64,000 nucleotides of DNA from NCBI RefSeq assembly GCF_009834535.1, contig NC_045697.1, forward strand, positions 117,492,001-117,556,000, in the 5' to 3' direction. The DNA is from Camelus ferus (taxonomy: Eukaryota). Made by a program: the position numbers and the translations under genes. Below, piece by piece: positions 28,060 through 39,780 of this stretch (position 1 is its first letter; each line of letters begins with the position of its first letter). The notes beneath the pieces are model-generated. The model saw only the letters and a list, made by a program, of their open reading frames with translations. It made no database searches and was not told where the DNA came from.

Positions 28060-29830
28060 ATTCTGGGGAAAACGCCATTGGTACTTTAATAGAGATTGCA
28101 CTGACTTTGTAGATTGCCTTGGGTAGTATGGTCACTTGAACAATATTAATTCTTCCAATCCAAGAATACAGTATATTTTCCATCTGTTTGGTCGTCACAT
28201 CAACATTTTCCTGGACTGATTTCTTGTATTCCTTCACCTTGGTCATTTGTGCATTCTTCTGTATCACCTAGTCTACTGTTAATTCCTTCTGGTGTGTTTT
28301 TCATTTCAGTTACTGTATACTTTAGTTCTGACTGGTTCTTTTAGATGTTTTCTAGTTCCTTGTTAAAATTCTCACTGTGTTTAGCTAGTCCTCTCCCTAA
28401 TTCAATTAGCATTCTTACTGCTAATGCTTTGAATTCTTTATCTGGTGAATTACTCTTGTTTTTTTACGAGTTTTGTTCTTTCAATTGAAACAAATTCTTC
28501 TGTCTTCTCATTCTGCTGAACTTTCTTTGTCTCTAATGAAGCTAGGTGAAATAGTCACCTCTTCTGGTCTTTAAAGGTATCTTTTTGGGGAGCCCCTCTA
28601 CACAGTCCGTGTGTGCCCACTGGCTTTGGTGGGAGAGCCGGGTCTGACGTGGGTGAGCATGAGTCACGTTTGGCCGGGAGTGCTGGCATCTACCACCTTG
28701 GTAGGAGGTGTGGCTGGGGTTGGAGGGGCTGGAGCCAGTGCCAGGTGTGAGGTGCAGCTTCTCTGCACCTCAGGAGCCTAGACCATCCTACTGGGGGCAG
28801 GGTCAGACCCCCAGCTGTTGGAGCAGAAGCCCCGAGGGTTAGGTCTAAGCTGGCTCCGTCGTCTCTAGGTGTGCGCTGTCCCCTCCCAGCACTGGCACAT
28901 CGCCCCCTATGGCAGCACGGCCGCAGTGAGAGGGTCTGGTGTGGGCACTCAGCCTGGGTTTGGGCATGGGCTGTAGTGGCCCCAGCCCCAGAGTCCCAGG
29001 TTGCTCCTGATCTGCTGCCCCCATAAGTACCAGTAATGGCCACCCTCACCCAGCTCAGATGCCATTCCAGGTCTGAGCCACCTCTGCCTCCATCCCTCAC
29101 GACTGGTCGGGGCAGCCCTTGCCCTCGTGTGGAGCTATGTTGTGCAGCAAGCGGGGCTGAGTGGTCTCAGAAAACTGGCCGGAGTGCCCTGCAGTTTCAA
29201 TCTGCTTCCTCCTCCTTGTGTAGGTACGCAGGAGGGTGCTCTTCATGAGGGAGCCTAGGTTCCTACAGCCATCCTGTTAGGATGTTAGTCCCCCTGGTTT
29301 TCAACCCAGCCTAGAGGACTTGTCCTCCTGGTATCAAACCCTAGGGCCAGGGCACCCAATACACGGCTCAACCCTCACCTCCCCCAGGGAGGATCTCTAC
29401 TCATGTAACCCCCACTTCTGTGCCCCCTCCCAAGGGCAGGCCCCTGGCTGATCACTCTTCCCTTCCTGCCTGATTCCATGTGGATCTTTCTTACACCCTT
29501 AGTTGTAGAAGAGTCTTTCTGTCAGTGTCCAGTTAGTTTTCAGTGAGAATTGCTCCACATGTAGATGTATTTTTTCACTTGTTTTTAACTGAAGTATAGT
29601 CAGTTACAATGTGTCAGTTTCTGGTGCACAGCATCATGTCCCAGTCATGCATGCATATACATATATTCCTTTCCATATTATTTTTCACCATAGGTTACTA
29701 CAAGATGTTGGATAGAGTCCCCTGTGCTGTACAGAAGGACCTTGTTGCTTATCTCTTGTAGATGTATTTTTGATGTGTTTGTGGTTGGAAGTGAGTCCTT
29801 CATCCTCCCACTGCATCTGCCATCTTGGTC
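28060..29830 (-). mobile_element. Fragmented older L1 (ORF2 fragment plus 5' region)
   Basis: The minus-strand ORF fragment [20 protein letters not shown] is L1 ORF2p-like and is followed by L1 ORF1/5' UTR-like sequence. Confidence 0.7.
29575..29756 (-). mobile_element. Short young L1 3' end nested in the older L1, with a 15-bp TSD
   Basis: TSD tgtagatgtattttt at 29560-29574 and 29757-29771. Confidence 0.88.
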
Positions 29831-30371
29831 TCAACCTCAATATAGTACGTTTGTAGCTGGAGTCGACAGCTTAACTCTAATCTCTCACTCTCCAGTGGTA
29901 CCCACTGCATAACTTTTAACTCTATATCATTCTGACTAATTCCATAAAAACAAGGAAAGAAAACTTGAAAACATTATCCTACAAATCATGTCTTTGTATT
30001 GATTTTCCCTTTCTGTTCATGGCACCATAACTATTGCAATCAATTGACTTTTGATACTTCAGAATACCTTTCCAGGTATGAGGAGACAGTATTTTGCGTG
30101 ACAGGTAAGGTCCCTAATTATATGAAGCCTGTATAGTGTATTTCTTAAGTGTTTCTTGCACCTGAACGTTCTTTTTCTTTCTCCTTGGTTCTGCCAAACT
30201 AAACTCTTCCCCACCCCTCTCTCACTTTCCTCTAACTCATGTCCTTGTCTTGCTAGCCTTCCTAAAGAACACCACATAAAGGCATTCTCCAAGGATCAGT
30301 CTTCCAATCATTTATCTTCTCTTTTTACACTCTCTTAGTGGTCTCAGCCCTTTTAACAAAGTCAGATTCCA

Positions 30372-30373
<2 letters not shown>

Positions 30374-30402
<29 letters not shown>
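30374..30402. repeat. (TG)n microsatellite
   Basis: Directly visible. Confidence 0.95.
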
Positions 30403-30404
<2 letters not shown>

Positions 30405-31179
30405 AAATGTTTCCCAAGCCTGAATCATTACAACAATTATCTCGTTTATTTATTCACTGAGAAAATACACACTGAAAATATATTGCATATTATTATGCAG
30501 CAAATATATCATCTGCTCTATATATGGATATATAGGACCATATATATTGTAAATGTATACTGCATATGATTAAATTTTAAATCATGTATTTTCATAAGTA
30601 TTTCTTACTGATTTCTTTGCTAGTATGATTTTTAAACTGAAATGTTAAATTATTTCAAGACCTGAAGTGTGAGCTTTCCAGAATAAAAAAAAAATGAAAC
30701 AATGAAAAAGAAATGCATAAAATATCACTGTCTTACATTGTTTAAAATCCTATAACTTTCATCTTAAATGCTAAACCCCATAAAAAAGTTACCATCCCGT
30801 ATCCCAGGACCTTGGGCTTTGACCTTAGATGTGGCAGTTGTAGAGGCTAAAAGTGAGACCAGCCAGGGATTGAACCCTGGCTTTGCTAGTTTCTACTTTG
30901 ACTTGGTTGGGCAAGTTGTATATTTCATTCTGTCTCAGCTCAGCCAACTTTAAAAGATGGCAATAATATTACCCAATATGTAACTTGGGATGGGACCATA
31001 TGAAAGAAAAAAAAAAAGCTGAAACAGTGCTGACAACTAGTAAGCCCCAAATAAATCTCTCGTGACCGCCCTTCTTATAGCCCATGTTGACATTAACTGT
31101 TTATTCATCGTGCACCAGGATTTTATTCATCCATTTCCTTTAGCACAAAATTCACCCGTTCCCTAAGACAACTGTTCGT

Positions 31180-31343
31180 GTGTAGCACAGGGGAGCTATG
31201 TTCAATACCTTGTGGTAACCTAGAATGAGAAAGAGTATGAAAACAAATATATGTATGTGTACGTATGACTGAACTATGATGCTGGACACCAGACATTAAC
31301 ATGACATTGCAAACTGACTATACTTCAATAAAAACAATCAAAC
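31180..31343 (+). mobile_element. Short L1 3' end
   Basis: 'gtagcacaggggagctatgttcaatacc...aactgactatacttcaataaaaa'. Confidence 0.85.
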
Positions 31344-32130
31344 CCATCTTTTCTCCCCTTCCTTTACCCTCAGAGTGCAAACTGTCACCAAATACTGCCC
31401 ATGCGACATCTCAAATTCTATACTCGCCAGCTCTGCTGACAATGCCTTAATGCAGCCTTTAACCATTTACTGACTAGTCACTGCAATGACCTCCCCAACA
31501 GCCCCTTTTATCGTGACAGATAGAACACTCCTGCTGAGAGCCCATCACTGTGTTCCCATTGCCCAGAGAATGAAATGCACTCCAGCGCTCGGGTGTCACC
31601 TGCTCTGCAGTGGTCTGAGTCACATGCCTCTCCTGCACGTGACCCTAGAGCAATCTGCGTGTCTGCAGATCAGCCGGAGTGAGACGTGCCTAGCTCTGCC
31701 CTTGAACTCTGAGCTAAGTGAGAACAGAGAATGAAGTGTTATTTCTCTCAAGGCACAGCCCAACGTCATGTAATTAGATACCAATTCTTCCCGACCTACC
31801 GTCAACTGAACATGATTCTTCCTGATTGTGAGTCCTGCGTGCACTCTGCCCTTACCTCCCTCCTGACTTGAAGCTCAGTATGTTTGAGTGCGTGTGCACA
31901 TGTGTGGGGGCCGGGGGGGTGGTGAATCTGTGACCTCCTGGTGAGAAGGAATCCATGTGACAGCAGGAGAGGCACCTGAACTGGAAGCCCAGCTCCATCC
32001 CTCCCTGACCACCTGGCAGAGGGGCCTCTCAGCCTGCGCCCGCATTTCCTAACCTGTGCAATGAGAATACTGATTCCTTCCCTGCCTGCCTTGCAGGAAT
32101 TCCTTCACGTTTAAATTAGTTAACAGACAC

Positions 32131-32297
32131 CGTACAGCACAGGGAACTATATTCAACATCTTGTAGTCACCTAGAATGGAAAAGAAGCTGAAAATGAATA
32201 TATGTAAGTACGTGTACAACTGAAACATGATGCTGCACATCAGAAATTGACACAACATTGTAAACTGACTACACTTCAATTAAAGATAAATAAATAC
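32131..32297 (+). mobile_element. Short L1 3' end
   Basis: 'gtacagcacagggaactatattcaacatc...aaactgactacacttcaatt'. Confidence 0.87.
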
Positions 32298-32450
32298 GAG
32301 GGGGGAGGGATATAGCTCAGTGGTAGAGTGCATGCTTAGCATGCATGAAGTCCTGGGTTCAATCCCCAGTCCCTCCATTAGAAACAAACAAATAAATAAA
32401 TAAACTTAATTACCTGCCCCCCCAAAAAATAAAATAAAATAAAAATTTTT
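32298..32450 (+). mobile_element. Vic-1-like SINE inserted into the A-rich tail of the preceding L1
   Basis: A and B boxes are present, with TSD taaagataaataaatac at 32281-32297 and 32451-32467. Confidence 0.9.
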
Positions 32451-33421
32451 TAAAGATAAATAAATACATAAATAAAATAAAATAAACATAAATTAGACAA
32501 TAGAGAAGTGCTGGGGGAAATACAAATCATGAAATAAATGCATGAATGACAACAAACCCAAGCATCGTGATTTGTGTGTTCTCTGCAAAACCCAATTTAG
32601 GCATTTTCACAAGTCTGTTATTAAATATTTGTGGAATGAATACATGATCTCAACTAACTGTGTAACAAGGGTATAAAACCGGTTCTAACAATGAAATTTC
32701 ACTTCTGTTGACCCTGGGGTATTTCTGAAATCATAGCATAACGATATTTTCTTCCTTCACTATCAAATTGCACAAAATTTAATCTACCATTTTTATAGTG
32801 GGAAAAAACCCCACAGTTATTACTCCGAGAAGATAATCTTCCGAATATTCATGAAATCTTATTACTTTAAGCTTTCAAAATATATTTTATGTGTGGAAAA
32901 GTTGTACCAAGAGAGGTGAAGTTACTAACCTGAAAAAAATACATAGGGCAGGATGCAACTGAAAACCTAAAGGAAAAAATCAACTTCTTTGTCCTGGACA
33001 TTCAGCCAATGACACATTCTGCCCTTGAAAACACCCTCAGGTAGCAAGACAACCTCAAATGTCTTAGTTACATAAGTCAGTGGAGTTACTCAAGCCTGAA
33101 CACTTAGCATAAGCAACATCTGGTCCTTTCACAAGTGTACTTGTTGGAACCCGTGGGATATGGAACATTTGGTTTCCATATAAAAATTTGGGAGGATGTT
33201 AAATATGGAACTGTAATTCTTTCAGTCTTGGAGAATTGAGGTAAATTGATATACTTTTCTCATAATGGAAAGGGGTAAAACTGCCTACTTTCCAATGGCG
33301 GTATTATTTTAAAATGTAGATATCCACGGGGGCACCTTCTTTTCCCATCAATTGACAGAAAGATTTCACTCTCGGGAGCTGAGAATTCAGCACCTCTCAT
33401 AAAACTCTCATCTCTTTACGC

Positions 33422-33487
33422 GGGGAGGGGTATAACTCAGTGGTAGAGGGTGTGCTTAGCATGCACGAGGTCCTGGGTTCAATCCAA
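33422..33487 (+). mobile_element. 3'-truncated (tailless) tRNA-related/SINE-head retrocopy
   Basis: Sequence stops at ...gggttcaatcc and is flanked by an 18-bp TSD, aaaactctcatctcttta (33401-33418) and aaaattctcatctcttta (33488-33505). Confidence 0.85.
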
Positions 33488-34824
33488 AAAATTCTCATCT
33501 CTTTAAAAACCTACACGTGTCCCTCAGAGGCCAGCATGGTTCCGGGGACAGACACTCAGTTTACAGCAAGCGCCTGAAATGCTAAATGATCCAAAGACAT
33601 CACGGAGAATAATAAACATTCACCGCAATGACATTTTCTATAAACGGCCTCACTGATGATTTTTCCCCGTAGCCCTGCCACAAATCATTACTATGAGAAA
33701 TTACTCCTCCTTTGCATAGATTCTTATTCCATTTTTCATCCAAATACTAAATCTAGTAGAGCAGCAACCCTCGGGAATCGAGAACTATGAAGTTGTAATA
33801 ACACATTTTTCTTCCCCCTCCCAAACAGCCATCCTCCCTGACCGCACTGTGTTTGCTGAGTGAGGTGAAATGTCCTAAGTTTATGGCTGTGGCCCACATT
33901 ATATGCAGCTTGAAAAAAAAAAAAAAATCTATAACGTTTATTCTGGTTTCATTCATCACCTGGGGAGAGCAAGCAACAGCAGAACGGGCAGTAATAGGCA
34001 ATAACTCTCAAGTGAATTTTAATGATGGGTTCTGGACATGTAAATGAAAGAGAATTACCTCCGTTTATACAAGATGCTAGTTTACAAAAGACACTCCCAT
34101 TCTTCATCCCATGGGCACGTTTTTGCCCCTCATAAACACACAGAGTTCTCTCCACTGTGGATTCTTGCTTAACTCATGCTCTGTGTCAGTCCTGGGCCCC
34201 TCATCTCTGATGCCACGTGATGGGTGAAGCATGCCGGTCCTCACGTCTGGAGGCCTGGCTTCTAACTCCAGCTGTAACACCAGCCACCTGTGTGCTTCTG
34301 GCTAACAGCAGCTCTCAAAGGCCTCCAGGCCCCCAAAGGTCCCACTGAGCTCACAGTCGGGCCTGAGCAGCCAAACAGTGAAGAGAAATTCTACACAGTG
34401 TCAGGGAGGGCGTGTTTGTTACTCACCACATACACACTCATGGAAAATGAGTGTGCGATGCAACACAATTTCTCAGGTTAATTTCTACCATTCTCTGCCT
34501 GCTTTATTCATCTTTTTCCTTTTCCTCTTCTTTCTTTTTATAGCTTTCTCCTTTCCTCTTGTCCAGTTTCCTTCTTCAACTGTTTTACTTTTCTACTTCA
34601 TGTGCATGGCTACTTTAAGCTACTGGGATTTCCTCTGCTCCACTCCTCATCACAATGCCTCAAGAAATGTCTGCTCTCTTACCTGACCGTCATTAAAGTG
34701 TACAAATTTGAAGGAACTTATTTTTTACCAAATATGGATTTGATGATATTTCAGCCCAAAGAAACATGTTAACTTTGAGGATTAAAAGCCTACATTTAAA
34801 AATATAATTGAAATAGAATTATAT

Positions 34825-35050
34825 ATATTTTTATTGAAGTACAGTCAGTTACAATGCATCAATTTCTGGTGTACAGCACAATGTCCCAGTCATGCATATA
34901 CATACATATATTCATTTTCATATTCTTTTTCATTAAAATTATTACAAGATATTGAATATAGTTCCCTGTGCTGCACAGAAGAAACTTGGTTTTTAATTTG
35001 TTTTTATATATAGTGGCTAATATTTGCAAATCTCAAACTCCCAAATTTTA
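34825..35050 (-). mobile_element. L1 3' end
   Basis: 'ttattgaagtacagtcagttacaatg...gttccctgtgctgcacag...caaactcccaaattt'. Confidence 0.88.
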
Positions 35051-35749
35051 ATACAACATAAAAATGCTTTAAAAATGCTTTTAAAATGGAAATGCTTTTA
35101 AAAAAACCAAAATTTTTTTAATTTAAAAAATTTTTTAAATAGAAAAAATTTATTAAAAAATTAGATTTCTACTTAAAAGGATTTTTCTTAAAGTGGCATG
35201 CCAAAAAGTGACTGATTTTATAGCCTTACTCATATGGATGCTCCCACATCAGATCCTACAGCCCTCTTGCTTTTGAAGGCTCAGCATTCCTGAGGCTTTC
35301 ATGGGACCTTCCTGCTGGTCAGTCAGAGGGTTTCTATCTACACGCCCAGCACTTCTGTGGTCACTCATAAAGGTTTATTAAAGGGGGAAACATTTTTTGA
35401 ATATTATGTAAGGATCCATTATGTGGATGTACTTAGAAACTCTCTGGGAATCCCTAAACTGCTAAGTACCTGGAGGAATTATCAGCACAGTGGACTCAGC
35501 TTGGTGCCCGGGTTGGCAACAGCCTCAAGACCTAGCGTTTGGGGAGGGAGCAGGGCGCTCTGCTCGGATGTTGTCCTAAGGGTCTCCCAGCTGCTTGGAT
35601 ACACCTTCATCAAAAAAAGGAGCAAGGACAGAACTGATGGTGTGAAAAGCATTCCCTCCAGGAGGATTCATATTTACTGATGTTCCAGCCCTTCCACTTA
35701 TCTTAATAACATAAATTAAATGTTTATGACACAAAAGTAACAAGAATAA

Positions 35750-37620
35750 ACACAAATGAGTTACAACACGTATATTCATTCAAAGGCTACAATTTCCCTT
35801 CATGCCCCATTTTTCCCAGAGGCCGCCCTGGTTAGCAGCCATTTGGTGGGCTCACTTCCACACTTGTGGTTCCAATTAGGGTTGATTTTGTTTGTCTGTT
35901 TCTGTATTTGTCATGTTTTCAATCAGTGAGACCACTGGATAATTGTCCTGTGAATCGCTTTGACATCTGACACAGAAATTGCCACACTGGTAGAGACATC
36001 GTTCACTCTTTTAAACAACTACTTATTATTCCCTGGCTTTGATATATCATCATTGCATTAATATTCTCTGGCTGAGGTATTTAGATGGTCACAAATTTTT
36101 GCAGCTGTAAACAAGGCTGCAGCAACATGTCAGTACACGTGTCTTTGGACACTTGTGCTAAGATTTCTGCAGGACAGATTATTAAAAGTGGAATTGCTTG
36201 GTCAAACATAATACTGATAAAATGGATCCTTGCTATCAAATTACCACCCAAAGACAGGGTACCGATCCACACTCCCATCACAATAAGATAAATTCTTTGC
36301 TTTTTTTTTTAAAGTGTTCTTCACCTATAGTGGATATTTTCAACCTCTAACTTACTCGTGTAATGTGTAAAAACAGCATTTCACTGTTGCTTTAATAATG
36401 GCGACTTACATTTTTGAACCCTTGTGGTAGAAGGCATTACCCTTAGGCTTTTCTTTGTCATGCATTAGCTCTTTTAAAATTCAGAATATTCTAATATCAT
36501 CCACATTTTACAGATGAAAAAACTTGAAAATGAGTTACGTAATTTTCTAAGATAACACCTCTAGAAAATGGTAGAGGGGGTGTCACACACAGGTGTCCTG
36601 ATGCCAGAAAGAGAAAAATTTGGGTTTTCATTAATATTAGTAAGAAAGTGCATCTATATTTATATTTTCCTTTTTAACTATTCCTATATTTTGCATATTT
36701 TTCTTATTAAATTCCTATTTAAATTTTGATTTTTAATCTTCTTTATACATTAAACTCACGTTTTTTCTTCCTTTTTCTTTCAGTCTTTTACTTCGCTTAT
36801 AATGACACTTGTAACCAAATTCTCAGTCTTTTCCCTGGTGACACCTAGATTTTGTGTCTCATGTAATAAGGACTTCCCGTCCTAATTATTTCCAAAATAT
36901 TTTTATGTTTGGTTTCATAATCATCCTTTTATGACTCTCTCTTCTAAAATTGATACTCAGATTTTATGCATAGGAGAAATCCAACTTTGTTTCCACATAG
37001 ATATTCAATTTTTTAAGCCCTTTAATTTAAATATTGCTTTCCCCTTAGTTTGTATCTTATTCTATTCTATTGCAGTAACTGTTTAATTCCTCTGAAAGAC
37101 AAAAGCTGAGGTCTATTTCTGAAGAAGAAAATGTGTTTTAATTACCACGCATTTTTGAAATAACTATTGTTTTCAGTGTCATTTTGCAAAACTTCCCTCT
37201 CTCTTGATTTACATTTTTTTTCCGAATTTTGGTTAGGCTTGGATTGAAACATAAATTAATTAGCAGAGGTTAACATTTACAACAGCCATTTTATAGCCAA
37301 CCTCTGTTGACTGAGAACTGTTTTATGATTTTCAGTAAAGTTTTACACTTTTATTCATACCTTACACACTTCTTATTAGGTTTACCCCTAGATATTTTAC
37401 AGCTTTATTACTATTGTCAGAATTTTATTCTTCATATTTTTTATTTTAGATATTGCTAGGACCTAATAAAGCTATTGCCTTTAAAATGATACCTTTATGA
37501 CTAGTGATGTCACTTAAGTCTTTAAACAGTTCTATGAGCTTTTGTCTGATTCTCCTGGATTCTACTATGTGGAAAAAACCTTTTTTTTTTTGCTAAAAAT
37601 TTTATCCAACTCACCCTTGA
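35750..37620 (-). mobile_element. Very old L1 (L1ME-like) remnants with an embedded MIR at about 36490-36605; boundaries approximate
   Basis: Degenerate 'aaaagtggaattgcttggtcaaa', 'ttgctatcaaattaccaccc' and 'cttattaggtttacccctagatatttta'; MIR core 'catttttacagatgaaaaaact'-like. Confidence 0.5.
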
Positions 37621-39724
37621 TCATTTTAATTTGAGAAATCATTTCCTCTTAGTTTGTATTTCTATTCCATTTCTTCAAATAATAATAAATTAAAAAGTAT
37701 ACCATTAATCTGGTTTCCATGCAGTGAAAATTGAGTGAGAATTTGAATAATGATCAGATGTATTTCAGCACTGTATATAATGAAACTCTTGTATACAGTC
37801 CATAATTCTTCCTTCTCCATAACATAATAGCCTTTTAAAAGCCTATATTTTGTATGAATGATTGTTTCGACTTTCCTCTTCACTTAACTGTGTGGCCCAT
37901 AAAGAATGAAAAAAAAAATAGGAGGAAATATAATGCAATTTACATAACATCAATATTTAGTCATTATCAATATGGTTCTGTGATTATTCACCCCCTATTC
38001 CCAGCACACCATAGTTGCAACAAAGGCAAAGGAAAAAATAATTAGCCAAGCGATAATTCTCCTCTAATAAAGGCCAGAATTTGGAGCAAAACTATTCAGA
38101 GGGATGAAAGGAGGTGCACAAGAAATGAACGGCTGAGAAGAGGCATTCTGGAAGAGGGCAGAGGGCGAGGGGTAAATTAGTATTGTAGTAACTGTTTAAT
38201 TCCTATGAAAGACACAGCTGAAAAAATAGAAATGAGGAAATAATAGCTAATGGCAAGGAATGATACTGACATTGTATATATCTGGTGCTTTGCAGCATGA
38301 GTTACTTCAGCCGCATGTGGTTACTGAAAGTAGGCTCACATGACTTCAGTGATAGCCATCATTTCAAAGATATCCAAATGAGGGGATGTCTTGTTCTGGA
38401 GAACACATGTAACCTTGGATGTAAATCACAGAGTCCACTGAAGACATGGCAATCGGAAGGTGGCGAAATTGAATGCAAGTGGTGGAGAAATAAAACAGAA
38501 GCAAAAATCCCTACTGGCGTCTGATCTGCGCAGTTTGCCTGCTGGCCTTTGTTAGAGCTACCAGAGTTGCAGGGTCCCCAGGAGATGACGTGGGGGGGCA
38601 AACAAGCTGGGAGAATCAGATCTTCTCAGATCAGTCCTCAAGGAATCAAACAATATGTTACAATGTCAAAATGTATCAAGAACAAAGTTACAGTACATTT
38701 CATACTTCAGTAAGGATGACAGTGGATTGTCTGTCAGTGGGAACAATACAAAGTCAGTCCTGGCACCAAAGTGCAGTAAGCTAAGGGATACCCTCTGAAC
38801 CAGGACGCACACAAAACTGCTAGCTTATTCCTGTGAAATCGTTCCTTCCAGGGTATCGTGGTGGAAAGCAGTGCTGTGGCCAGCCAAGGCTGGTGTTTTA
38901 CGAATGCTAATCCTGCAGAGCATTCAAGACAATATGAACAATGATGAAGCAGCTATACACGCGTGCATAAGTACAACTTTATTTTACGCCACATATTTCA
39001 TGCCCTCAAAGACTCAGAAACCAGCATAGGACCAAACACAATTATTCGCTGATTTGCTAGAACTTTGCCAAATTATCTGTTAAACTGATACAGTATTTTT
39101 CATAGGGTGAAATCCCCCTTAGTGTAAACTGATATGCTGTCCTGTGTGTGAAGCTCACACCACTCAGCAGCCAGAATCTACACTTTCATTGTAACACAAA
39201 GGAAGTCTTGGAAATAAGTACAGTGAGTCATGATTATCATTCTTTGAAGTCCTAGCCAAGACTTAGATAAAAATTCAGTGCCGGGCGGGCACTCTTAGGG
39301 CTGATGTATATCAAGTTACCTAATCGTCCCAAGAACGCACAGGCTGGGAAGTTACGTCTCCCAAGTTCCAACAGCTGGTGGTGGTGGAGCAAGGATTTGA
39401 ACCCACCTACGTTGAAACTAACTAGAAAATGTCACTCGAGAAACCATGGGGAACACACTGCAGTAAACGAGAAGACGAATTCCAGAGTCGTGACAGATGT
39501 CCTAAGTGAAACAGGAATTAGCAAAAGTAATCTCTCCAGCCTCTTAATTATTCAGTCAATATTTAGCCACTATCAATATGGTTCTATAATTATTCAGCAC
39601 ACCACAGGTGCTGCAAGGCAGAGGAAAAATACTTAGCCAAGCAATAATTCTGCGGGTTTTCTAATTCTATTTTCTAACATATAATTTCTATTTTCTAACA
39701 ATATATTTTTAGTATGGGGATCTA

Positions 39725-39726
<2 letters not shown>

Positions 39727-39764
<38 letters not shown>

Positions 39765-39780
39765 ACACACTCATACACAC
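39727..39780. repeat. (TG)n followed by (CA)n microsatellite
   Basis: Directly visible. Confidence 0.93.
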
